From the human T2T-CHM13v2.0 reference genome, Homo sapiens: DNA of 64,000 bases. The notes below the pieces were generated by a model. That model searched no databases. It was not told where the DNA came from and was given only the letters and a program-made list of their open reading frames with translations. Below are positions 52,816-64,000 of the stretch, in pieces; the first letter of the stretch is position 1; each line of letters starts with the position of its first letter. Position numbers and translations under genes: made by a program. The stretch lies in the NCBI RefSeq assembly GCF_009914755.1, contig NC_060929.1. One strand, given 5' to 3'.

Positions 52816-53455
52816 AGAAATATTATATATCACTCTATGTAATATAAGACACTACCCCATCACTCTGTATACCTATATACCTGAGAAGCCTTCATCTTCA
52901 GTGAAGGCTTCTCACCTAGTATCTCATTTGAGAACAAAAGTGACAAAGCAAGCCATGTGGACATTTTGAGGGACTCCCTTCTAGGCAGAGGAAAATATGA
53001 TTGCCAAGAGGCAGGAGGGTACTTGGAATACTTGAGGAATATCCAGGAATCCATTGTTATTGCATCAGCATTTGTAGGAGAATAATAGGAGATGAAATCA
53101 GAGAATCTGTGGGGTGGGTCATAAGGAGGTAATTTAGGGTCCTGCATGCTGTGGTTAGGCTTTGGATTTCATTATGAGTGATGGGAAGCCAAGGAATGTC
53201 TGTCAACAAAATTTTGACATGATTTTATTTCTGTTTTATAAGGATTACTAGATACTGTGTAAATACTGTTACCTGTAAAAGGGGCATGGTTAGAAACAGG
53301 GAGACTAGTTTAGCAGTGCATTGCAGTAGTATAGTGACAGATGATCAAGCTTTCAATTAGGGTGTTAGAAGTGTTAAGAAGTAGTTGGTTAGGAATATAT
53401 GTTGAAGATAGAGCTTTATGGGATTTATCAATGAATTAAATTGGAGGTATGAGAG

Positions 53456-53825
53456 TCTCTTAGACCATTTGTGGTGCTATGACAAAATACCTGAGACTGA
53501 GCAATTTACAAATAACAGAAATTTATTTCTTACAATTCTGGAGGCTGGGAAGTATAAGATTAAGGTGCTGACATTCATGTCTGGTGAGGTTCTACTTGCT
53601 GCATTCTCACATGGTAGAAGGGGTGAATGCTGTGTCTTCACAAGTGGAAGACAGAAGGGCAAAAGAGGGCCTAGCTAGTTCTCTCCAGCCCTTTTATAAG
53701 GTTGCTAATTCTGTTCATGAGAGCAGAGCTCTAGTGGTCTAATTATCTCCTAAAGACCTTACCTCCTAATACTTTTGCATTGGGGATTCAGTTTCAACAT
53801 GAACACAAACATTTAAACCACAGCA
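53456..53825 (-). mobile_element. MST-family (MSTB/C/D-like) MaLR solo LTR
   Basis: cttagaccattt...gctatgacaaaatacctgagactg...aacagaaatttatttcttacaattctggaggctgggaagt...aacatttaaaccacagca. 5-bp TSD gagag/gaaag. Confidence 0.9.
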
Positions 53826-54631
53826 GAAAGAGAGAGGAGCCTATGAGGATACTGAGTTTTCCGGCATAAACAACTGAAATTGTGGAGATACCATTTATTC
53901 AAACAAAGTAGATTGGAGGAAGTGTTGGTTTTGGGTGGTGAAGGAGTAATCATAAGTTTGGATTTGGGCATATTAAGTTTGAAATGCCTTTCAGATATCC
54001 AAGTAAACATGTTAAGTATGCAATTGGATATATTAGCCTGGAGTCAAAGAGGTACATTAGTGATAATGATTAAATTTGAATCCTTAGCATTTAAATGGTA
54101 TTTAAAGCCATAGTATTGGATGAAATTACCTAGATGGTGTCAGTAGAGAATGGAAGCAAAGAGCATTGACATCTGAGGAGTGGGACATTCCAGTGATTCA
54201 AGTTTACAAGATGAGTAGGTGACAGTTGAAAGGAGGAGAATGACAGTAAATGATATTTCAAGAGCCAAGTAAAGAACATATTTCAAAATCACATTGGCCA
54301 CTGGCTTTGACAACATGGAGCTCACTGATTGATTACATTAACAAGAGCAATTATAGTTTTAGAGGTGTATGTAAGGGAGGGAGTGGATTCAGGAAGTAGA
54401 GACAACTCTTTCAGAAGAGATTTATGTCAAGAAAGCAGACAATCATGATATGTTTGGTGGGTGCTATGAGGTCAAAGTACTTTTTTTTTCAAGTTGATAG
54501 ATATTAATGCATTATCATAGGGGAAGGGGAAGGATTTAGTAGATAGTATAATAAGTTGATGATACAGGAAACAGAAGGGAAAATTGTACTTTACATAGGT
54601 GAGAATCTCACTTAAATAGGTGAGAAAGGAA

Positions 54632-54843
54632 CAGCCTGGGCAACACCGTGAGATCCAGTCTCTACAAAAAATTTTAAAATTAGCCAGGTGTGGTGGTGCC
54701 TGCCTGTGGTCCCAGCTACATGGAAGCCTGAGGCAGGAGGATCACATGAGCCTGGGAGGTAGAGGCTTCAGTAAGCTGTGTTTGTTACACTGCACTCCAG
54801 CCTGGGTGACAGAGAGAGACCCTATCTCACTTAAAAAAAAAAA
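54632..54843 (+). mobile_element. 5'-truncated AluJ
   Basis: Starts at cagcctgggcaacaccgtgaga; gaggcaggaggatcacatgagcctggg; poly-A tail. Confidence 0.88.
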
Positions 54844-54974
54844 GATACGGTGCAAACTTGTTAGGCTGGTATTAGATGGGAGTTTATACTTCCATCTGGG
54901 GTTTCTGGGGTATGGATGGAAATCAGAGTACAAGAGTACCAGAAGTTAGAGGGATATATTTGGTTGAAGGAATT

Positions 54975-55160
54975 ATTCATTCATTCATTTATCTAACAAG
55001 TGCTTATTAAGTGTTAATATACTAGGTGATTTTTCTAGGTATTGAGGATACAGTAGGGACCACAATAGTTACAAATTCCTGCAGTTTATTTCTAATGAGG
55101 GGTGACCAAGAATAAAGAAAATAAATGCATAATTTAAATAATACGGCATATTGTGCTAGG
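54975..55160 (-). mobile_element. L2 3' tail
   Basis: attcattcattcatttatctaacaagtgcttattaagtg...ctaggtattgaggatacagtag. Confidence 0.75.
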
Positions 55161-55709
55161 TAACATGGATAAATTCTAACTTAAAGTGAATAAGTTAATT
55201 TGTGGACATACATTTTGCTATCATTATTATTGTAATATATTTTTTGAGATAATTATGTTAATTAAATAGAAAAAAAAGTTTATGGTAAGCATATGGTGAC
55301 TAAACCAGTGCCCAATCAACATTCAATCCATGAATGACTTAAATTTACAAATGGCCTCCTTCATTATGTATTTACTAACATCATAGAACACTGCTGGAAT
55401 TCCAAAGAGAAGCAGAAGCCTGATCATTTGTTTTGAGTTCAGAAGTAAAACAGAGGAAGAATCTGTGGAAAGTGGAAACACTTTAGGAGAACCAGGAACA
55501 GACTTTCAAAATAACAGATGTGAGGCGTGGTTGACCTAACTAGCTGTTTGACCTTTTTTTTTTTTCCTCTTTACTTTTTAACATACCTGGATCAAATAAA
55601 AATTTGAGTTAAAAATGAAAATAACTCATATGTACAATACTGAGGTCAGAACACACAGCAAAAACTAGGCAAATTGAGAATCCTGTATTTTGGAATAAAA
55701 ATAGCTTTA

Positions 55710-55862
55710 AGCTAGGAGCCAGAAATCTTGGAATCCATACTCAAGGCTGCTATTGTCTACATATGTAACTTGTATAAATCTCTTAAATTCATTCAACCTT
55801 AATTTCCCTATGTTCAGAATGTGGGTAAAAATAACTGTATTGTCTAGCTCAAAAGGCTGTTA
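55710..55862 (+). mobile_element. MIR fragment
   Basis: ggagccagaaatcttgg...atgtaacttgtataaatctcttaa...ccttaatttccct. Confidence 0.6.
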
Positions 55863-55917
55863 ACTTCTTTTAACTAGAAAGATCAGTATGTTATGCACAT
55901 CTGAAGATATATGAGGA

Positions 55918-56192
55918 ATACAGTTAGATAGAATGAATAAGAGGTAGCATTTGGTAGCACAATAGGGTGACTACAGGTAAGAATCATTGTTTGTATATTT
56001 TAAAGCAACTAAAAGAGTAGGATTAGAATGTTCCTAACACAAGGAAATGATAAATGCTTAAGGTGACAGATACCCCAGTTACCCTGTTTGATCATTGCAC
56101 ATTTTATGCCTGTATCAAAACATTATCTGTACCCCATAAATGTATAACTATTGTATACCCATGATAATTAAAAATAAGTAATTTACAAAATT
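55918..56192 (+). mobile_element. L1MA (MA2-4-like) 3' end
   Basis: agttagatagaatgaataaga, tagcacaatagggtgacta, taacacaaggaaatgataaatgctt, gtaccccataaat. atatgaggaa flanks both sides as a probable TSD. Confidence 0.88.
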
Positions 56193-56194
56193 AA

Positions 56195-56310
56195 AATATG
56201 AGGAAATTGAGTCTTAGGTCAAACAATTTGTCTAAGATGACATAGTACATAATGTTAAGACCAACGTTGAATCCAGGCTTCTCTGATACTAAAACCTAAG
56301 CTATTAACAT
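56195..56310 (-). mobile_element. MIR fragment
   Basis: atgaggaaattgagtctt...atttgtctaagatgacatag...ttgaatccaggcttctctga. Confidence 0.65.
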
Positions 56311-57818
56311 GTTTTGCAGCATCCAGCAAGCAAGAACAATCAACTGAGATGAAGAAGATATGAAAATACTTGGCAAATAGCTTTCATTCTCATGTCAGCT
56401 TTAGTGTTTACCGTCATGTTCACTGCGGGTTGGTTTCAGAGGAAGGGTAAAAAATAATCCCTTCAAACATTCTTCCCATGCAGCCAATGCTTCATTCTCC
56501 TCTGGATGCTGCCTTACTTTGAATTGCTTCATTCACCCGCTTTGCAGGCCACATTCAGCAGGGGATGAACATTTAGTGGTTGATTACCAATTTCCTGTGA
56601 GCTAAATGGAAAAGCTGAGTAATAAGGGTTTTTTTTTTTGTCTTTTTCTATTATGCAAAAATCTATGAGTTATGTAGGGTATAAGTTAGGACATATCAGT
56701 GCACTTAAAGTTTGCAAATATGCATTTACAAATTAGCTTACTGCCAAAGTCACTTGTATTTGTACACATCTAATGTTTTTTCTACTCAGCAGCAATGTTA
56801 CAGATGAACTTGAAAGACAGAAGTAGTATTTTCATGCTAATGTGCCATAAAATGTCTTTGCTAAATAAGCGATCCTTCCATAGCAAGGTTTATTTGCAGT
56901 GATATAATTTAGAGGTGTCCCTGATGACAACCTTTTGAGCCATATTAGTTAAATGATAGAACATCTCCAGTGTCAAATCTATAGCAATATATTATAATGG
57001 GGAAAAATGCCTGAGCAGCAGGGAGCCTTTAATACAGAACTCCATAGGCCACTTAAATAGTGTAATCTGGCTTTCAAGTAGAGCATTCTAAAGAACCTCT
57101 ATGAACCTTGCTTTGGGGTTTCAGAGAATCGGAATGATATTGAGGACAAAGCTCTGTTCTGGATCTACCTGTCACTGAAATGCTCATGCTGCTCTTCTAC
57201 AAAGCCAGGTGGGATCGTTTTTCTAGGAAACATCAATTACTTCTGCTTTTGCTCAGAAATGGCACAGTTATTTTTAGATATATTTTCCACTGGTCTACAA
57301 AGTATTACAATTGCCATAACATATTGGGTAGTGTCATAATGGTGAAAGGATTCCTGAGCAAAATATGCCTCCCCACGATACTGCCATACACATCTTTGAA
57401 AAACAGCAGGATTATATATCCTATAACTTCCTGTACCACTAGCAATGTGTCAATATGAATGGCGAATGAATGAATTAGAATTTTATAGATTTCCAACATA
57501 ATTAAATTCATGGATACTTTTTTTCTCTGAGAGTCAGCTGTGAAGTTTTGGGTTTGAAATAGCCTTATCTGAATAAAATGAACCTGGTTCTAGTGGCTTA
57601 TCAAATCCCAGGTAGTAAGTCAGCCACCTTTGGAAGTTGCATTAACACAGCAGTAGCTTAATAAATTATACTCTGCTGATTTGACTTCCACTGGTACTTA
57701 GTTTACAACAGGAAATGATCCTGGTGTATGGAGAATCAAGCTTATCATGATCTAGTTACTTGTTCTTATGCAATGCATATATGCAGCCGAGGAGTTTACA
57801 ATAATCATTTTGTAAAAA

Positions 57819-57884
57819 CATATATATATATATACACACACACACATTATATACACACACATATACATATATATATATATATAT
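57819..57884. repeat. Compound (TA)n/(CA)n microsatellite
   Basis: Read directly. Confidence 0.9.
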
Positions 57885-60800
57885 GGAGTCTTGTGAGGGT
57901 AAACTTCTTGACTGAAGAATTAATACCTAGAATCATGACAACTTTTTCTTTCTTGGAATCTCTTCAGTTTGTCTTCCATGGTAATAGCTATGATATGCAG
58001 AAAATGAAACGTTGTGTCATTACAGCCTCTTAAGGAAAAATTTTCCCAGTTGCTCCCTCAGCTGTCTTCAACCTACTGGTACATTTTCAAACCAGCTATG
58101 ATAAAGAAGAAAGTCAAACACTTTGATCTTTTGTTCAAAAACTATTTTGTAAATTGCAGTCTTGCAAAGATTCCTCTATCCATCCATCTATACATTCAGT
58201 TATCCATCTGTTTATCAATTTATTGTTTTATTCATTTAATAAATAGAGAACTCTCACTTTAATAGTTTTTTTGTAGTTTCCTGGACTTTACAAAATTTAA
58301 ACCAAAAGTGGCCTACACCATAAAAATTACTAAATTTCAGCTTCAGCAGAAATATTTGCTAATAATAACTTGCTTCAAATAGCTAGACTGGGTCAGCCAT
58401 CTCTGTTACTTGGTATCCAGCTAAGGTGGACATTGAATTATTATTCTGTAATAAAGACTGTCATTGGCAAGCTCATTTAGGTACTCTACATTTGTACTGT
58501 AGCTGAATGCACTGTACCTAACCTTGGGATAAACAGAAGATTTTGGTTTTCAATCCTGTTGGTGTTTCAGCTGTAAAATACATACATATTATCTCTTTCA
58601 TAAAACTGTAGAATTCATGTTCAGAATTAAACACCAACAAACAAGGTTGGAGTTCTCAAGTCAACCTGAAAATAGCACACAATTTGTCAGGGAGATGGTG
58701 ACATTTAAATTAGTTATTAATCTTTTTGGTAGACTTTCTAACATCAATCCCTAGCTCACTCTGTCCCTCTTGGTGTTTTCATTTTTAATAAGAAAAGCCA
58801 TTGTAATAAATGCAAAATTAATTCAAATTCTTTAAATTAAATTGCGAAAGGTGTTTAATTAAATGTATGGATTGCAATTTACTCAATCGATACACTTATT
58901 TATTTCAATTCACTGAGTGGGGGATTTTAAAGTCAGTTTTATTGAAGTGCATCAGGATATACGAGTCCAAGATTCCAAGATACTAAAGATTGTGCCAGGA
59001 GGAAGCAAATGTTGATATCAATTGCTCTTTAATTTCAGGAGACAGTTTTCCCTTCAGCTGATGTGAGGCAACTCATGTTCACTAATGAGTCTGGCTTAAA
59101 CTCTTGCAGAAATGTTTATTATCATTGTCTGGACTTAGGAAACTATTTGAGATATTTGATTTCAGAACTCTATCAAGTTCTCATGGTACAGAGTAACATC
59201 TGATCATTTGATGTGGTCATCTCAGGCAAAGGACAATTAAGTGGAAAAGAAGATTCTATCCCATACGCCCATATGATGTATTATCTTCAGCTTGTAAAAT
59301 ATTTTATTCCTCATGATATCGTACTGAATTGTGTTCTTTAGAGAGTCTTGTATCTTTTACAATAGCTTTTTAATTTCAGTGACCTAGGGGGGACAATTTT
59401 CTTTATTTGCATATTGGTTGAACAGATACTGAATGAGAATCCTGAAAGTGTTTTGGATATTCTATATGTTTTTAATTAAGGACAATTACACAGAGATGTA
59501 GACATTGTTATAAGGCAGCTGGTGTACTGTGGAATGGTGGCATTCTGTGTTCAGTGTGGAACTTTATGTGTCAGTTTGTGGTAAAACCCCAAGGCATCCA
59601 TCAAAAAATGTTTAACAATCCACTGCTTCTGGAGACCAGATAGTTTTCCAGAGGATTAATACCTCAAACATCTTAAATTGGTGACTTCCATTATTTAGAG
59701 ATGCAGATCTTATTTTTTAGTTGTTGACTTTCAAAGGCATATTCTTTCTCTCTTTGGATAAATTCTTCAATAACAAAAAAGACTTACATGTATGGAAGGC
59801 TTATGGAAGGCTTACACATAATCTTTAAAGAGTTGGGCATTTAGAAACATGATCATTTGCATTTTTCTTCTTTGAAAGTTTAACCCCTAAATTATTGCCC
59901 TTTAGAGAGAAAAGCTTTGGAATTTATCATTTTTTTCTCTTTTCCTTGAAAACTGGAACACTCTTCTTTTTAGCATATAGCATCTAAGGTAATGAGGAAC
60001 ACACCAGTACATTAAAGCAAATGTGTGTCAAATCCCCAGGGAAAACATATGTCATGCATGCAATATTTCCTGCAGACATCTGAAATCCAGCATCATTGTT
60101 CTTTCAATCTGTTTTCTAAGCAAATGAAACAATGGGGAGTATATGTAAATCTTTCTATATTAGAATTTAAGAAATATTTCAACTGGAGAAGTTCAAAGCT
60201 TACCTTTGGTGTCAAGATATAAAGAGCTTAGACTTAGGAAAACTGGATTAGGAAATGTGCATATTCCCACTGATTATTCCACAGCTCTACTGTTTTCCCA
60301 TTCATTTTCACAATCTGTGATGAAGTAGAAGCCTGAAATGCTCTAAATAAGAACATCATTTTATGGACATTTTAAACAACATGTTGAATGTGAAAGATCA
60401 TAAACTTAATTTAGTTTTCCTAATTTTAACTATGATTTATGAGTTTTCCTATTGTGAGAAGACTTGGTGGTCAACAGTAACTTTGGACTATTGAAAAGTC
60501 CAGATTTAAGATAAACATTCATATTTTATTTAAAAAAAAGTGTTAGTGTGTGCTACTATGTATGAAAGTGTGTGTTTATATGTTAAAATAAGAGCCGGAA
60601 GAGCAATCCCCTGTAATTCAAATGTTGACCTTCACTTAAAAAGTCCCAGGACATTTACATTTCCTGCTCCTTCTTACAAGAGTTTAATGTTGGAATTTTG
60701 TTATAACTTTGTGTATGTTCTCCCTGTGACAGATCCTGATGTTAGAGATCTAACTTCTTGTGGAGATATGCAATTTATGGATTCTTCTGGTATTCTGATG

Positions 60801-61982
60801 GTTTCCAATAGTTACCAATAATTTTTGAGTTTCATCTTTCTTTGACTTATCTTTAAACTCTCTTATTTGCTGTGCATATGGATATGTTGCTAATGTAGGG
60901 TAGAAAATATAATGTGTGAGTTGGCATTATGCTTCTCTATACTGATGGTGTGAGTGTTTTTCATATCTTATGAAATAGAGATCAGAGAAGGTAAATTTAT
61001 TTGATGAAAACAGTAAACTTCTTCCATTCTCTCAAGCGTCTACTCCCTCCCTACTTCCCATCCCCAGGCACCAAAAATTGAATGGTTATAAGCAAAGGGG
61101 AGAGGAGGGTAGCAAGAGTGCCCTCCCATTATCAAGTTATTTTTCTCCATTGTGTGAACTCTAGTTCTACTCAGATTTCCATAGTTCTTTATACAGAAAT
61201 AATATTGTTTTGTTATATTTGTTTTTATGGTCAACATTGCTTGTCTTAACTCTTCCCCCAAAAAACACCCTGGACACACAGGACAATGGAACCTCCCTTA
61301 ATTTTCTCTGAGGTTGCTGTGTTTGCACACCGTGACCTTGGACTATGGCCTAGTTTGACTGAGGAGAGCTTTTTAAGAGGCTTTTGTGTAGAGAGGGAAC
61401 TGGCATAAAGAGTGCCAGTTTTGTGTTTCTGTTTGGAATTGGGTGTAGGGAAGGATGAGAGCATATACAATGAGAGGAAGTGAGTAAAAAGAGGTTTTTT
61501 AAAATATGTAAGTGATTAGAATGCTATCATGCTAGCCTTCTTTACTTGGCTTTGCTGAATTGTCCAATCAGTAAGTATATCAAGGAAAACCTTAACAATG
61601 TAATCTAGAAAAGTTTTTTTGTTTGTTTTTGTTTTTGTTTTGACATTGCCTTTAGATTGAATAAACCACACTGTAGCCCAGAAGCAAGAACATAAAGATA
61701 TTTCTCCTGAGGACTGGAAATACCCTCATGATATCCTAGCTCAGGATGTGTCCACATGAAGCTAATGAATTAGCTATATTATTTGGTTACCTTTCTTCAC
61801 TATTTGTTATTTAAACATACTGGAAAAGCAACCTGGGCAATTGTGTCTTAGCTGTATATCTTTTTAGTATATATAAAGAGCATGTAGATATTTCAATCCA
61901 TGTTCCAAACAGACTCATCCTCAAGTGTAATGTTGTCCTTTAAAATGAGGCAAAAGGGTAGCCCAATATCAAATTGAAGTGC

Positions 61983-62344
61983 TGATATGGTTTGCCCCTG
62001 TGTTCCCACCCAAATCTTACCTTGAATTGTAATAATCCCCACATGGCATGGGAGGGCCTCGTGGGAAGTAACTGAATCATGAGGGCGGTTTTTCCCATGC
62101 TGTTCTAGTGATAATGAATAAGTCTCACGAGAGGTGATGTTTTAATAAATTGAAGTTCCCCTGCGCATGCCCTCTTGCCTTCTGCCATGTAAGACGTGCC
62201 TTTGCTTCCCTTCTCCTTTGCCTTCCACCATGAGTGTGAGGCCTCCCAGCCACATGGAACTGTGAATACATTAAACTTTTTTCCTTTATAAATTACTCAG
62301 TCTCGAATATGTCTTTATTAGCAGCATGAGAACAGACTAATACC
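61983..62344 (+). mobile_element. THE1C-like MaLR solo LTR
   Basis: tgatatggtttg...cccacccaaatcttaccttgaattgtaataatccccac...gtctttattagcagcatgagaacagactaatac. 5-bp TSD agtgc/agttc. Confidence 0.93.
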
Positions 62345-64000
62345 AGTTCATATATTCCTCTCACACTTTTTCAATTTGATTGTAGTTGGGAAACATTTAG
62401 GGCAACAGCAAAATTAAGCAAATGACAAAGAATTGCAGATATAACAAGTTTTTCGGAATTTTATGGTGACTCCGAAAGCCAAATCTTGGAAATTTGATTA
62501 TTGATTTGTTGAACATATCGTCACTTTGATATAATGTGCTAAAGCTTTATATTATTTTCATGGAGTATTCAGGATAATTTTGTGGTATAATTTAATAACT
62601 ATATCTATTGCAAATACTCATTCCCAATACAGAATTCAGTCTTTTCATTAGCGTGGTTGTACACTTGTAGAAGGGTCTTGTGATTTATCCATTATTAGGA
62701 AAGGTTTTGTTTTCAGACTGTTGGCTGCTTACCTAAGAACTATCCAGTCTTGTTGATATGCTAGCAAAACACACCCTGTTGGGTCTTATTGCTTAAATAT
62801 TCCCACTTCTAAAATTACCACTGCACCATTGGGGGTGAATGAATACACGATTACAATTTCAATTTGACAGTTTTAAAGGAAATGGCATAGGGATTTAATT
62901 AGACCCTCTCCATGTGCTTCATTGATTCTTAGATGGGTTTTCATTCTAGCATAAGCAGATGTGGATTCTAACATAGAAGTTAGAACTTCTTGTACCTGGC
63001 TGGGTTATTCAAATCAGTAAAACAGTCAACCGTTGCTTGAATATGCAAAATCTGAAAGCAAACTGGTTTGGGAATGCTGAGAAGTAGTTTCACCCTTTAT
63101 CTCCTTTCCTTTTTGAAATAGGATTGATGCCATCAAGAAAATAATGATCTTTGTGGCTTTTTTTGTGTCTATGGTGTGTATTGAAAAGGGAAATTAGGCT
63201 CGAGTAAAATATTTTTATTTTCAGCAGTAGTAGAAACTTCCTGATTTTATTAGAAGAAAAATATTATAGTTTTTTTCAACTAAACAAAATAACAACTGAA
63301 AAAGATATGAAAGCCATTGTTAAAATAAGTTACTAGAGATTTTAAGATGGAAGTTTATTATAACACTTTAAATATTTTCTTTGAAATATCTTCATTCTTA
63401 TAATGCACACAATATACATCCTCATTTCAGAATTCTAGAAATCCCAATGTTTATCCTAACAAATAAATGGTTAAATTTTCGAAGAATGGAGTTTGGATAC
63501 AAATGAATAGTAGCAAGAAAATAATTGAAGTTGAACACAGATGTATGACAGGGCTTGCCACCAAGAGTTGCCTCACTGACTATGCAGTAGAGAGGGCCAT
63601 CTTAGACTCCACAGTATGTTCAATGAGAAATATGATGTGGAAATTGTCATTTCTTTAAGCTGTCAGGCACTCCACACTTGGACCTATATAAAAGGACAGC
63701 TGTGACTTAGTTGTGTGGTGTCGATGCCATTTTCACCAAGCCTTCTAGTCCTTATCCTTCTAGCTCCTTTCCTCCTTTGATTTTATGGTTTACCTCCTCA
63801 TGTGCACCCCAATAGCATTTTGTCTACCTTTTAGAACCATAACTCTACCATCTACTTTTCCTGTCCCTTCCCTCTGGCCTAGCTGTGTTAGGTAACCTTG
63901 GGTCCTGTCAGGCTCTAGGCTACTAATAACTAGGCATCATTTCTCACCCCTAATACCACACAGAGTTTGTCCATTAGTTTTATTACTTAAGGGGAATCTA

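Larger units (their letters stand above)
52406..54620 (-). mobile_element. Long L2a fragment hosting the BC200 copy and an MST LTR
   Basis: Antisense tail tcattcactgacttactagatatttactg; gagtgatgggaagcca; ttaagtttgaaatgcctttcagatatccaagt; tttaaagccat. Confidence 0.8.

Overview
AT-rich, CpG-poor primate (human-like) non-coding DNA, intergenic or deep intronic. I find no credible protein-coding exon and no CpG island. The listed ORFs are short, and several come from repeats. Recognisable interspersed repeats: about 11 Alus (J and S subfamilies), L1 3' ends, many L2 and MIR fragments, MaLR solo LTRs (THE1C, MST, MLT1) and DNA transposons (Tigger3, MER33, MER112, two MADE1 MITEs, a hAT-Tip100-like transposase fossil). 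All family and subfamily calls come from recalled consensus sequences, not a search. Most notable: (1) a young-looking BC200 (BCYRN1) retrocopy at 52654-52815, sitting at the apex of an ~50-bp inverted repeat with a second hairpin next to it; (2) a 130-bp locally templated insertion with a fold-back end inside Tigger3; (3) a 3'-truncated U2 snRNA retrocopy with TSDs; (4) an ~180-bp diverged direct repeat bracketing the hAT fossil; (5) several plus-strand candidate non-coding exons and one candidate microexon. I found no evidence of a new multi-gene system.
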